Source: Octopus sinensis (Eukaryota). Taken from it: 64,000 nt of DNA. Positions within the stretch are counted from its first letter, which is position 1; the number at the start of each line of letters is the position of its first letter. A program made the translations under genes and the position numbers. The stretch spans positions 7,812,001 through 7,876,000 of the forward strand of contig NC_043015.1 of NCBI RefSeq assembly GCF_006345805.1, written 5' to 3'. The notes under the pieces are model-generated. The model was not told the DNA's origin, made no database searches, and saw only the letters and a list, made by a program, of their open reading frames with translations. This document shows, one piece after another, positions 42,341 through 56,476 of this stretch.

Positions 42341-42805
42341 TGTGTGTGTATATATGTGTGAATATATACCTCTGTATGTGCGTATGTATAAAATATTGTC
42401 TCTCCTCTTTCATGTGCTCATTGCCTTCTTAATATATATACTTGTAACGATACATATATGTGGTATGAATATGTACTAAACGACGTATATAATATATTTT
42501 CATATAGCAACCTATCCAAACAACGAAACTGAGAATTTAATGTACGTAACATAAAATAATGTAAGGCATGTGCCGTCAGTAATTACTCAATTTGGCAGTT
42601 GATGATATTTATGTAGTAAAACACCCCAAAATTAAGCGAAACACAGTCGCGTGACTGAAGTGAAGGCAGGTTTCATTCTGCCTTTATAGCACGTAAAGAA
42701 AACGTTGTTGTGGGAATGTACACAGCATGTGTATTACAACGGGACTCTGCGGTGCTTAAATACTAAGATTGAAAGGATGGGGTGAATCAAGCTCACCTAA
42801 TCTAG

Positions 42806-42937
42806 AATAAAGTAAATAAAAGTAAAACATTTTGCATTTTATCCATAATAATCAGAGCAAGCTTCAAAATTTTATTTAATTGGGTGCTTATTTTGCCCTA
42901 AAAGGAAAATGTTGCTGTCGATCTATATTATTAAAGG
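42806..42937 (+). repeat. ~130-bp direct repeat, copy 1
   Basis: Aligns with 45081-45210 (aaaacattttgcatttt...ataataatcagagcaa...aattgggtgc.tattttgcc...gaaaatgttgctgtcgatc.atattatt.aagg). Confidence 0.88.
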
Positions 42938-43057
42938 TAGACACTGCCTACCTTTCCTACCTAGGCGGCACTTTCAAAGAACCATATATATATGAATGTA
43001 TGTATGTATGTATGTATATATATATATATACACCCACACACAGACACACACATATAC

Positions 43058-43265
43058 ATGATAGATCGTTAGCTACTACACACATTTTTTTCTACTTTTT
43101 TATCTACTTTTTCTCTCCTTGATTTTTTTTCTGTGTATTTTTCTATAGAAGAGCGTAGGCTCGAAACGTAAAATGCTTTTTCCATTCCTTAGCGCTATAC
43201 TAATACATTTGTTTGTTTGTACACCACCTGCCTTCGTCTTTTGTTTATTTTCGTAAACTTTCCCT
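43058..43265 (+). mobile_element. ~200-bp non-autonomous element with HHR-like motif, copy 2
   Basis: atgatagatcgttagctactacacac...TTT-CTATAGA-A-GAGC(gtag)GCTC-GAAAC-GTA-AAA (43140-43173)...caccacctgccttcgtcttttgttt...cgtaaactttccc, with TA-rich flanks. Confidence 0.85.
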
Positions 43266-45080
43266 TTATATACATATATACATATATATGTACATATCAA
43301 TTTTCCTAAATAATAAAAATGAGTCCTTACCTACTCTCAGACGATAATGATAATTTCTGATAATTTGAGGTCGATGAGATATTCTGTAGGAATTTGGAAT
43401 TACATTTAGCTCGGGACGACGGTTCGCAATGTACTTCATTGAATATTTGAACATCCTAGCTCTTTGAACTGTCTGCTTCCATTATTAATTCCTTTAAATA
43501 TTTCAGGAGAGTGTGTAATGTACCTAACAATATGCAATTAGTGAAAATAATTACGATTTCATATTACCATATAACCTGTCAACGTATTGTATCTAAGGGC
43601 AACAGGTCGACTAATCTTACAATAACTTACGCCGTACAGATGTGGAGATCAAACGTGATAGAAACCTTACCGCAGTTGTCGTCTCACATTTACGCAGGAA
43701 TAATTCCATTTATATTAACTGAATAATAACATCTTGCCAACCTCGTAAAAATTTATTCTATGTATTTAGTGGATCTACATTACATAAATTAATGCTGTTT
43801 TTGTTTTTATAGTATTTATTTGTTATATGTCCCCATGTATAAAACGCACAAAAATACATTAATTACAACCTTAAATTATGTAAAATGTACGCTTTCTGCT
43901 TCTCTCGTTAACACAAGAATTTACTCGTCAAATAAGAACTGATAAAATATATATATATTTTCGTACGAAATTACTGAATAATGGAAATGCAAATAGTAAG
44001 TCCCTAGTGATGTTTCATTTTCTTTTTAATGAAGCCATGACTACGCGGTAACTGTCAAAAGAGTTTCGGTGTAAATGTTAAAAAAAAAAAACATCTAATA
44101 GAATGTATTAAAGATGGATTCGGAGAAAACCAGAATCTTATAAGAAATTAGGGATTAACACGTAGACGGAATTTTAGAGCGAAAACAATTCGTTCTCTTT
44201 AAATATTTTGTACCTAAAGAAACCCAACTAACAAATAGGTTAATGAATGAACCACGTACATGAAAACCTCACCAACGAAAGAATTTCCGAAACAACCACA
44301 CTACGTACAGTGTGAATGAACACATTGGAGTCTATCAAGTTATATGGCAACAATGTCGTTAAAAGATTTGATAATATTTGAGTTTGTGGTCCATGTAAGG
44401 AAATATTATGTAACTAAAGGACACATGACACTATTAATCAAAGATTTGTGACGCGTCTTAGAAATAGTCATGTCACATAACAGAGCTGAAGACAATCTGA
44501 CGTAGTGACGAAACACAGAGCTTAAATTTCCTTTTATTCAAACGAAATATATCAACCATATTCTCCTTCACAAACATTCGCCACTATATTTCACTTATAA
44601 ATGTCATTTGCAACATAAGCGAAAGTCACTTATCCACAAGAAATTATGGATCGTCGGACAACAATATTATATATAATCCCTCCGCATACACACTCAAACA
44701 CACACACACATATATATATAATTAAATAAAAATTTTAGGAGCCGATTGAATCAGATATTTAAATAACAAAAGCACCAAGGTAGAATCGGAGATAGCACAC
44801 CTGTGTAGTATCAATTTTCACTGTCATATACTTATTTACTGAAGATGTGTCGTTTAGTTATGCACGCACGCTCAAGTACTGACACAATACACAACGTGTC
44901 ATCGAAGTCACACAAGCATATGCTCCCTAAAATATATTCCTTTGTCGAATATAAGTTGCAGATAAAAACATAGGGAAGGTTCTGAGATAGATCAAAAATA
45001 CACAATAAAACAGGTGAATCGTGATTCACTATAGCTGTTTCAGACGCCTTTTTATTGTTGCACAAATCTGTTACATCATA

Positions 45081-45210
45081 AAATAAAGTAAAAAGTAAAA
45101 CATTTTGCATTTTAAGCATAATAATCAGAGCAAACTTTATAATTTTATTGAATTGGGTGCATATTTTGCCATGAAACGAAAATGTTGCTGTCGATCAATA
45201 TTATTCAAGG
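45081..45210 (+). repeat. ~130-bp direct repeat, copy 2
   Basis: Aligns with 42806-42937 and is moderately diverged. Confidence 0.88.
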
Positions 45211-45220
45211 AGAGAATTTA

Positions 45221-45262
<42 letters not shown>

Positions 45263-45342
45263 TAAATGCGCTTACAAATAAAATACACAGGCACACAGGT
45301 CGCTCACCCAAATATGTATGTACGCGTATATGTGTATATATA

Positions 45343-45376
<34 letters not shown>

Positions 45377-45737
45377 CATACATACCTTCATACATACATA
45401 CATACATACATATACTCATGAATATATTTTCCTCGTGCTACGACGTTTTTCTCTACACAGCTTTTTCGCCCTCAGTCTTTCCGTTGTCTCCATGTTTCTG
45501 TCAAAGACTTCTCCATCTTCCCGATCGCCAAATGAATACAACTGATTGTTGTTCCACTACCTGCCCTTCTCTTTTGTTTTCTGCAAATGTAAGCTATGTA
45601 CATATACATTTACATACATCCATACATACATACATATATACATACATACACATATATATATATATACATAGATATATATATATGTGTGTATATGTATGTA
45701 TATGTATGTATATATATATATCTACATATATACACAT

Positions 45738-45788
<51 letters not shown>

Positions 45789-46671
45789 TATATATTTATA
45801 CATACATACACACACCCACATGCATATACACACACAGGCAAACATACGTATATATATATATGTATATATATATATTGATAATAAGATACATTTATATATA
45901 AATATATTTGTGTAAGTGTATTCCCCTGTGTAAGTGATGCTATACATAATTCTTTCTGTTGTCAACGATATTTCTATACATATATATATTTGCCCCTTGC
46001 CGGCACTATAAATAATAAACACACAACTGACACTAGCGTCAAATCTTTAATTAAATTCTCATAGATATTGCTAAGTTAGGCAGAAGAGCGAAACGGCAGA
46101 TTATATTTCTCAGCTCGATAAACTTCGAACTTTCTATTCATATATATATGAAATGATGTGTATTTCGTGCTCCGCTCAGGCGTTAATACTAAAATATATC
46201 AGTGAAGAAATCGCTATGAATTAGTAAATATATGAGTCACTTATAGAAAGTCAGTCTAAAAGCATCATATTGCTAAGATGACTGACTCGATTTCATGATA
46301 GTAAGACCTCACAGTAATAATCTAATAATTATCTTTTACAAGACGAATATATATATATAAAAAAATAAGTTTTGTTGTATGAGGTTCTATAGTTAAAGGA
46401 TATTTTATATTGCTTCTTTTATGACATAGGAGGAGGTATAGTTTTTATATTTTGAATTTCATTTAACTTGATAGAAATTTTGTGGCGACTTGCATGATTC
46501 AAATATTTTCAGACAAATCGACGCTCATACGTACCATAGGTATACTAACTATTTTATTTGTCAAATTGGTCTCTCATAATAATTTAGACTGTGTTAAAGC
46601 CGGTGTAAAACACACAAACAAGTGTACGGTGATACATATTCGCTGATACACAATCATCTGTGAAGATTTAA

Positions 46672-46708
<37 letters not shown>

Positions 46709-46902
46709 TGTGTGTGTATATTTTATATTCAATCCGAATGTTATTATTGTCATTATTATTATTATTATCATCATTATTATTATTGTTGATGTTGTCCAAG
46801 CAGAAAGGGGTTTCACGCGTATTCCCATAGAATTGGAGATTGAAATAACATGTGGTATGTTAAATTAAACGTAAATACATATATATGTATATATAAGCTT
46901 AT

Positions 46903-46962
<60 letters not shown>

Positions 46963-46964
<2 letters not shown>

Positions 46965-47144
46965 AGAGTTTACGAAAAAAACAAAAGACGAAGGCAGGTG
47001 GAGTACAAAACAAAGAGATGTATTAGTATAACGCTCAGGAATAGAAAAACTCTTATACGTTTCGAGCCTCAGCTCGTCTACAGAAAGGGACACAGAAAAA
47101 ACAAGGAGATAAAAAAAAATGTGTTTCGTGTCTAACGATCTATA
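46963..47144 (-). mobile_element. ~200-bp non-autonomous element with HHR-like motif, copy 3
   Basis: Minus strand CTTT-CTGTAGA-C-GAGC(tgag)GCTC-GAAAC-GTA-TAAG at ~47052-47087. (TA)n lies directly on both sides. Confidence 0.85.
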
Positions 47145-47306
47145 ATATATATATATATATGTAAAATCAAATGTTTGCTTTATGCATTTGCATGTGCCTT
47201 CTAAAGAATTTCAGACTAGTGTAGACAAAAAGTGACGAAGTTTCCTTGCTGTGGGATCAATGCTGAAAGTGTCTTAGCAGACAGCCATTGCTACAACATC
47301 CATAAA

Positions 47307-47342
<36 letters not shown>

Positions 47343-49379
47343 CACTACTAATCATGCTGATGCTGCTACTTTTATTGCTACTGCTACCACTAATAATAGC
47401 AGCCACACACGCTCACAAGCGCACACATATGTTCTACACAGTCGTTAATTGACATTGATCTCCATTCACACGTTCAAACTATTTAATTTAGAGAAGTTTA
47501 CATAAACAGCGGTAACACGAACACAGATTGCTTCTTCTGTAGACGTTAACAACAATCGTTAAGTGAAGCAAGCAACTGAAACAACACTTTGCTACCAAAT
47601 CTCTCTATTGTTCCACACTTCTTTCAATGTGTATTGCCGCTGATCCAAATAGTCTTAAATCACTGAGAATTTAGACAAACACTACGATCATTGCAAGTAT
47701 ACGTGTATTGATCCTGTGTTCTAAAATTCACTCAATCCTCCTTTACAAGTTAGTTAGAGTTTAAGTAATCGTTCCTCGAATTTTCCATAAAATGATTAAG
47801 ACTATAAAGTTGATCTGAAGCCGTTTGAAATAACTTAAGAACTTTATGTCTTCGAAAGCTGATTTCGTTTTGTTCTTCGTAGTGCACAATGGATATATTT
47901 GCCTTCTGATCAATTAAGGCAATACGGATAGAACGGAGTACATTTGATAAGAGAAATACTGAATAGTAAAATTGCATTAAATCAATTAAAATAATTTTGT
48001 CTCCAACTGGGGCTCTTTACGCTAGCCGCAGTGAAATTCTGTCAATATACAATTTTATATCGCGAAGAAATACTAGCTAACAACCTCTATATTTCAATAG
48101 AAATATGCTGTGCGTTAACTGCTAAGGCATGCATACAAGGCATCGACCAGGGAAACAATATGTGGTTGTACCATTTGCTCAAAATGACACAAAAGCCTTG
48201 ATATCTTTATCCAGTTTCCATTCCCTGTCACTCACTCACAATCGTATAAATACATGTGTGCGTGCAAGTGTGTGTGTGTGTGTGTGCGTTCATTTTCGAC
48301 TGTTTCATACTTAAGACAACCGAATAATTCGAATATTCATGAAACTACTAATATAATTTACATGAAAAGCAGTTTCACATACAATATCATGTATGGCTTA
48401 TCACTATTCTACAGACTTCGTTGTGGGACATGTACAGTAATAGGGATTCGTATTCTATTTCATATGACTATTTTGAAATGCCTCTAGATTATATATGGAA
48501 AAAAAATATACCCGCGCTAAGATCCCGCACACATTATTTATTCATATACAGAATAATACGAATTGGTTCAGAAAAATACTTTCTCATTTTCGTCATACAG
48601 TATTTAGTATATATATATTTTTTTCAGATAGACAGGAGGAGAAAAGGTAAATAGATAAAGCTGAATATTTTTTACATAGGTCTTGGCCCTGTCATCTCTT
48701 AGATTAAAACTCTTGTCATTATTTATGTATGTGCATGTGTGTATATGTGTGTGTGCGAGCGCAAGCGTGAGCGTGCGTGCATGTGTATGTGTAATTATTG
48801 ATTGGTATAGAGAACCTCGAAGCAGCAACAGTGCTATAATGTAAATTTTGTGTTGAAATCCCTTTTGGAATGAAAAGTTCGGTTTCAGCCCGCGCGACTA
48901 GAACCCAATACGTATTTGCTATTACTTATAGCATTTATGTATGCACGGAGATCCTCTTTGCCAAGTATGAATTCTTTTACTCTTAAGTTTATAATATTCT
49001 GATGACCTCACCTATATATGTCTCAGTAAGCAAATTCGTAAATTTAAGCGTAAATTATACACCGTTTGTTAACTAGTCCCTCTCGTGTAGTTTACTTTTG
49101 TACTCATTGCTTTGTAACGAATGAAATCGTATTGAATAGACATGCTGACTCATACACAAAAGACCATGGATAGTGTATATTTTCATATAGCAGTCACTCC
49201 AATTTGCAAGACAGCGTACGTTCAACTGGAAATAACGTACCTATGTACATACACACACACACACACTCACACACAGAGACACAGGGAGAAACTTACATAC
49301 ATGCACACGTATATATATGCATATGTCTATGTATGTATATATATATACATATATATAAAGATAGATATTCATATATATA

Positions 49380-49383
49380 TATA

Positions 49384-49426
<43 letters not shown>

Positions 49427-49455
49427 ATCTATCTATCTATCTATATATGTATGTG

Positions 49456-49486
<31 letters not shown>

Positions 49487-49704
49487 ATATGTATGTGTAT
49501 CTATCTATCTATCTATCTATATATGTATGTGTATCTATCTATCTATCTATATATATGTATGTGTATCTATCTATCTATCTATCTATTATGTATGTGTATC
49601 TATCTATCTATCTATATATGTATGTGTATCTATCTATCTATCTATCTATCTATCATATATATATATATATATATAATATATATATATATTATATATATAT
49701 ATAT
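49380..49704. repeat. (CTAT)n/(TA)n composite minisatellite
   Basis: Repeating unit of about tatgtatgtgtatctatctatctatcta. Confidence 0.9.
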
Positions 49705-49797
49705 AAAATATTATTAGAGACAAAACCACTATTTTGCAAAACAAACAAGGAAGACTTAATCAATACATAAAATTTTAATAAATAGTCAAAAAAACCG

Positions 49798-49840
49798 CCA
49801 CTACAATCGTTTCTTGTCTTGATCGACAATCTTCAGGTGG
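49798..49840 (-). ncRNA. Minimal type I hammerhead ribozyme (core intact)
   Basis: Exact reverse complement of 49903-49945. Confidence 0.85.
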
Positions 49841-49902
49841 ACTTCCAATAAGTCAATTTTAAATTATGAAATTATGAAATTTGAAATTGACTTATTGGAA
49901 GT

Positions 49903-49945
49903 CCACCTGAAGATTGTCGATCAAGACAAGAAACGATTGTAGTGG
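49903..49945 (+). ncRNA. Minimal type I hammerhead ribozyme (core intact)
   Basis: Stem I CCAC/GTGG, core CUGAAGA (49907-49913), stem II UUGUC-gaucaa-GACAA, GAAA (49930-49933), stem III AC-gauu-GU, and cleavage triplet GUA with the predicted cut 3' of 49941. Confidence 0.85.
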
Positions 49946-50119
49946 CGGTTTTTTTGACTATTTATTAAAATTTTATGTATTGATTAAGTCTTTCCTTGTT
50001 TGTTTTGCAAAATAGTGGTTTTGTCTCTATAATATTTTATAATATTTTACTATAAAATTGGATTTAATCCTAAATCTGATTTTTTTCCTGTAAATTTGGA
50101 TTTATTCCCTAATATTTAT

Positions 50120-50159
<40 letters not shown>

Positions 50160-50827
50160 ATACATTGTTAACTTTCTACACTGAATGGATTCCAGAGCTA
50201 GCGTTTCCAGCAAGTAATAGTGCCTGCGATATTTAATTTCATCACTGTCTGTTCTTTGTTTCTTTATGAATGTGAGAAATCATTATCTTCGTAAATTATC
50301 TCACTATGCAACCATGCACACTTTGGGTAAGTCAGAGTGATAGAGTGTTGGTCTGTATTTGAGGGATGAATGCATCAGTTTAACTAATCGCCTACATTTG
50401 AACAATATGCCGGAAAGTGTTATCGCGCCTACATCTGTAATTTTTCATTAAGTTTTCAACAACAATTATTTTCATTGCCTATCATGTTGTGAGATAAAGT
50501 ATTTCCCAAAAGGATAATATCTAGCCGACAAATGAGTTGGAGAATATATAACGAAAATCTAAATGTGTTTTGTGTTTGTTCTTTTTTTTCCATCGTAAGT
50601 AGTAATAAATTTTCTAATTCACATGTACAATACAGTCTCTAGACTGCCACACGCGATGTTATACATACATATATACCTACACACACACATGAACATATAG
50701 TTGAATGTATGTGTACATGTATATATATGTGCTTGTATATAGATATTTATGTATATATATGTATATATATATATATATGAGTATATATATATATATATAT
50801 ATATGTACGTATTTATATATATGTACG

Positions 50828-50877
<50 letters not shown>

Positions 50878-53300
50878 CGTATATATATATAGAGAGAGAG
50901 TATGAAAGAGAGAAAGAGTGAAAGCTATGGATAGATAGATACACATATAGAGATAAAGGGATAGAGATAGTTAAATATGAATATATGCATGTACGTATGT
51001 ACACATATATGTACACATATAGACCTACAAAATCACACACATATAGGTATTGATGTAAATATATTCATAGATATATACGTATATATACATGCATACATAT
51101 GTTTGTTTTAGAAAAGCTTTTCTAGATGTCGGAATAGCTTATGAAAAACCAGCATTTACAAAACAACCTTATACAGAAAACTCACTTTTAGATGACCATA
51201 TGTGAAATTTTATTTCCGTCATCCATACAATACGAAGAATGGAATCGTTCATGAACACAAACCTGTTGTGCAAGGCAAATACCAACAATCGTTCATCAGA
51301 ATTAGAAACCCTAATCACTTTATTATCAGAGTGTAAGTATAAATTCGTGTAATAGCAGAGATACAGTTATCGATGTCGATACTATTAATCAAAATACAGC
51401 TACGATCAGTCTATATTCCATTTTACATTATGAAACAATTTCATCATACCAGTCATGATGAATCTCTACCTAAATAAACCTAAGCCGAAAAGTTTCTCAC
51501 AAATTATCTTTTGTATTCCATTGTATGCAATGAAGAACGGATAGAGTAATTCTGCGAAAGTAATGCGAAAGAAGAGTGATAATAAATCACGACTGTTTGT
51601 GGAGAATCAAAACGATGTTACGAAATACCTTGAAATAATGAAGAGAAAATTGATCGAGAATAATACTGCAAAATAAGAATGCATAACTGCTTGGCACATA
51701 TAGTGAATTCTGAGAATCTCCTCTGGAGACATCGCATGGAAATGCCATATGGGATGCTTTAATCAACAAAAGAAAGAGTATTATCTCTAACATTATGAAA
51801 ATTTTATTTAACGATATCCTAAACACTGTACGCTGGTTTAACTATGATTCATTGGTATAGAGAATATATGCTCTGATTTAATGTCAGGTGTTATATAGGG
51901 AGATTAACGTGTCGGCTTGAAAATCAATTCCTGACTGACTGAATCTGTATAAGCTTTCCCTTAATGAAAAAGTACCGTGGCATTTGAATTTCCAGAATGC
52001 TTAAGATAGAAAAAAAACGAAAGCACTATAGACGTTAATTAGATAAGATTTGAATCGAAATTCCGCGAACGTTTCCAAGTGCGGCAGGTAACTGAAACTA
52101 ACAAGACGGAGCGGCGTATTACATCAGCTAAAATAATTGATTTTAAATTCAACGGTTACAACAATCGTACTACGATAACAACACTAGAATCAAGATAACA
52201 TGGAATGAACCATTCAAACAAATACTGACTGATATTTCGCCGGTCGGTAGCAAATCGTTGAAGTTGTTGCCGTTTATTCAGTTCATGAACATTTGGGTGT
52301 TTGCTGAACATGCAACTAATGTCCAAAAATATTACTGTCCAGAAATTAATCTTCAATTATATAGTGTTGTACCAATTAAAATTAATATAAAGAGAAGTCT
52401 GGAAATAATCTGACAATGAACAATACCTATAAGAACAAATTTCGTCACCCATCGCTTTTGCCAACAAATTACCTATGTATATTCTCCGCCCACTATCCCC
52501 GGCAGGGTAATGTTGGGCTATATTCCCCTTCTTCATAGCTACCAGAATCAAGCATCACTATATTTTCGTGATGGATTACCAAGTTTGACTAATTAATACA
52601 GTGGAGATTATCGAACCATCTCATTTATGTCTGGATGGCCTAGCTTGGAGAATCCCTCTGCGATTCTTTCCTGTGATATTCCAATTACCTTTCATTAGCA
52701 TCAAACACTTGCCATCCCAAAGGGAAAAACTATATCATGACCTGAGACACTGTCTCGTTAACGGCTACTAACACCTTCGACTAACATTACTCAATATACC
52801 CTTCGTGGGTACCGAAATTAAACTACTACTATTTGCGGTCGTACATGTTACACAACATTTCCAACCATAGGTAAGAAAAGACACGTAAATGAATTTGAAG
52901 ATTGTAAGTTAAGATTTTTATCAACCTCTCCTCCTCTGAGAATTGAATACTGGGATCTGGTGCACCAGAGGGCCAGCTTCTGAAATTATAGCATACCTCT
53001 TGCCCTCCATCACTTTTGAGTGAGGTTTCAGTATACTTAAAATAATGCCCAGCTCTCTACTTCTAATTATTCTACGAACATACAGTTAAAAAGCAATGTT
53101 TCTCTTTGAATGTTAAAAAGCTATTTCATTGCTGATAATTAGCCAACCACTTGACTGCTAATGATACGAATCGAAATATATCCAGGGCGTGATTATTATT
53201 ATTTTTTGCAAAATGACCGTCTCAAGAGAAATCTATATCAACATTCACTTACCTGCAAAACAATGCGTTACTTCATATATATATATATATATATATATAG

Positions 53301-53344
<44 letters not shown>

Positions 53345-54130
53345 TGTATGTGTGTGCGTGGGTGTGTGTAACTCACTGTCTGGCATGTGTATGTGTGTAT
53401 ATGTGTGTGTGTGTAAATAAATATATGGATATGTTTCCCCGCTCGTAAACCTGTAACAACTTCCACTGAAAACCACGAAATAAGCTTGGAAATTTGCCGA
53501 AAGAAAACTTCCCCTGTGTTTCATGATTATGAGTGAAACCGATAACCATGCGATTGCTGTGCAAAAATTTTAAACCAGAAACGATACTTCTTACAATAGA
53601 ACATAAAAAAATAAAAGCAGAGTGAAACAGCATATATCAATGCATTAATCAATTAAGTAACAAACAATAAGGAAAATACCCAAAGTGTTAAAACTGGCGC
53701 CAAGCATTGAAATCAAGTTTATGCTTTCTTTCATGATACTTTTGTTTCTATACACAAATACGTTATTTAACATTTTCTGGCTTTTACTTAAATTTCATAA
53801 AGTATTTTTCCAAATGACAAACACTTTGAAACTTCTTTATAGCCACAGGGAAAGGAATAATTTATTATTACTGCTGATATGAATAAGCATAAATTTGTTA
53901 TGGAATTCTGAGAGAAAGTAATTGATTTATTTCGCAGATCAATATTTGAACAATTCCAAAGAAAAAAAATAAGCCAAAGCACAAATATTATATTCTCATT
54001 TTAGTTAAGCAATGAATAGAAAACAAAGAAACAACCGCACATACACGCAGAGGTTTACACATAGATAAATAGTACAGACTCACACATGCGTATAAACAGT
54101 TTCTGTTTACACACTCAGAGAACACACACA

Positions 54131-54169
<39 letters not shown>

Positions 54170-54176
<7 letters not shown>

Positions 54177-54190
54177 TCTATTACATTTAG

Positions 54191-54228
<38 letters not shown>

Positions 54229-54375
54229 TATTATATATAATATTATATGTTTTATTTACATTTAGATGTGTATATATATATATATATATATGTTTCTATT
54301 TACATTTAGATGTGTATATATATATATATATATATATATCATATTTTCTATTTACATTTGGATGTGTATATATAT
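54170..54375. repeat. Composite tandem repeat: ~25-bp core separated by (TA)n
   Basis: Four copies of t(t)tctatt(t)acattt(a/g)gatgtg, each followed by a variable (TA)n. Confidence 0.85.
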
Positions 54376-54535
54376 ATATATATGTATACATATATATGTT
54401 TGTATTTACAAATAAATATAAATATATAGATTGTATTTACATATAAATATAGAAACAATGCACACATGTGTACACATATAAGTATTATCTGTAATATTAC
54501 TAATATGCAGATACGTAAATGTATATGCAAATGAG

Positions 54536-54588
<53 letters not shown>

Positions 54589-54983
54589 ATATAAAGAGAG
54601 AGAGGAGATAAATAGATAGATATATAGATTGATAGATACAGGAGGGAGGGAGGGAGGGGGAGAGAGAGAGTTAATGATGTGTGTATTTACTTGTATATGC
54701 GTATGTTCGTGATCTTGCGTGTGTATTTATTTAAATATTGATATTTTGATCTTTAGAAATAACCTTTATGTTTGACGTCGTTCTTTCATGTTGGGAGGTG
54801 TTGTTGCAAAACTAATTCCAAGACAGAGAAAATAACATTGTCCTGTTTTTTTTTCCTTGAAACAAAACATTCAATACTAGGGAATCATAGAATTGTAATA
54901 TCAATGTGTATTTTAAAGTGGAATACGATAAAATAAAGAGCATTAAATTTAAAGAAAGAAAAGCCTAGAAATATAATAGGATG

Positions 54984-55014
<31 letters not shown>

Positions 55015-55218
55015 TATATATGCATGTATATATATATATTTATATGTAGTATGTATGTATGTAATAGCCCCGCACACATATGCATACATACACCAAATAC
55101 ACACATATATAAACGCAAAAAATATATTCTATTTATTCTCTTCCTCATTTCTATTCAGAAACTCATTAAAAGTGAAGAAGCACGTGATACCACATACATA
55201 CACACACACACAACCACA

Positions 55219-55306
<88 letters not shown>

Positions 55307-56414
55307 TGTATGTATGGATATATGTATGTATGTATGTATATATATATACAACGCTGGATCAGAAAAAGAAAATATATTAATTGAAAGGTTGTTGTGGAAA
55401 TAGTGATTATTATATTATTAATTTCTTACATGGACAAGATTCAAGGATATTTTATTTGCTTGTTATTTTTGTGTCGGATGAAATTTGAACCAATGCAGGC
55501 GTTGAAATCAAAGAATAAAATTGAGAAAATAACCAATAGATACTGGCTATATGTCGGAACTGAAAAATGTATGCCAAGTCAACTCCCCGATAATATAACA
55601 GGTAAGAATATGCTATTCTGGTTGAAGATGTAGTGTTTAAATCTTGTAGATGAGGTTATTTGAAATCAGATTGAATGGAAATACATAAGAAATATAGATA
55701 GAAAAGCAACCACGTAAATGTATTGAAGTCATGTACATACGAGGAAACTGGTTCTCATCATGAGTGTGTTTCGCTTAGATCATCCAATTTGCAACCGAAT
55801 CATTTAATGATGAAGTCATTAGTCAGTGCTCAACACGACAGTAATAAAAACAGTCAATAAACAGGGGCAGTAAATACGCGTAAAATACACATAGTCGGGA
55901 AACACAAAAGCAAATACTCATGAAAGCAAATCGAATGGTGAGGATTCAGTTTCTTATGCTAATCATTTTGGTTGTGCCTCAGAAAGGTTTCTGCAACTTA
56001 AACCGAATTTAGCCTTTCTGGAAGATTCTATAACGAGATGCTATAACGTTTCTGATAGTATTTATGAAATTTATTTACAAACATCAAGATCGTAAAATAT
56101 GTAAGAAAAAAGTTTGATAAAAGAGGATAATTCTTAGAAGAATTAGGTGCTTATTTAAAATAGATCTTCTTTGTTCGTTAATATCATTTATTTTACAATG
56201 GTTTCCTAATTCCAACACAAATATTTGTGAAAAACGTTGTTAAATGTTTTAAAAGTTTAATACGTCTTTATAAGGTTACAGAACTGATAGTATACAGTTT
56301 ATATTTCCAATATGCTTTTGTAAAATAATTCGCACTTTTATATCCTTGATAGAATTAGAGTGAAGCTAAGCATATTTAAAATCCTGGTATATGTGTAATA
56401 TTTTAGAAATTTAG

Positions 56415-56416
56415 CA

Positions 56417-56476
<60 letters not shown>

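Larger units (their letters stand above)
49705..50125. mobile_element. Penelope-like pseudo-LTR fragment in inverted (palindromic) arrangement
   Basis: Arms 49705-49859 and 49884-50038 are reverse complements apart from two 1-nt indels, and each carries an HHR. The right copy continues to ~50125. (TA)n flanks both sides. Confidence 0.8.

Noticed and set aside
49705-50125. Autonomous Penelope element (RT plus GIY-YIG)
   Set aside because: No RT or GIY-YIG coding sequence is adjacent. Only pseudo-LTR-like fragments are present.
52156-52551. Two in-frame minus-strand ORFs separated by one stop, containing RRIYIGNL (RNP2-like)
   Set aside because: No RNP1 motif at the right spacing, no convincing splice sites and no other family motif. 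Probably chance, and a BLASTX search would settle it.
54170-54375. CRISPR-like repeat-spacer pattern
   Set aside because: The spacers are (TA)n rather than unique sequences, the context is eukaryotic, and there are no cas genes.
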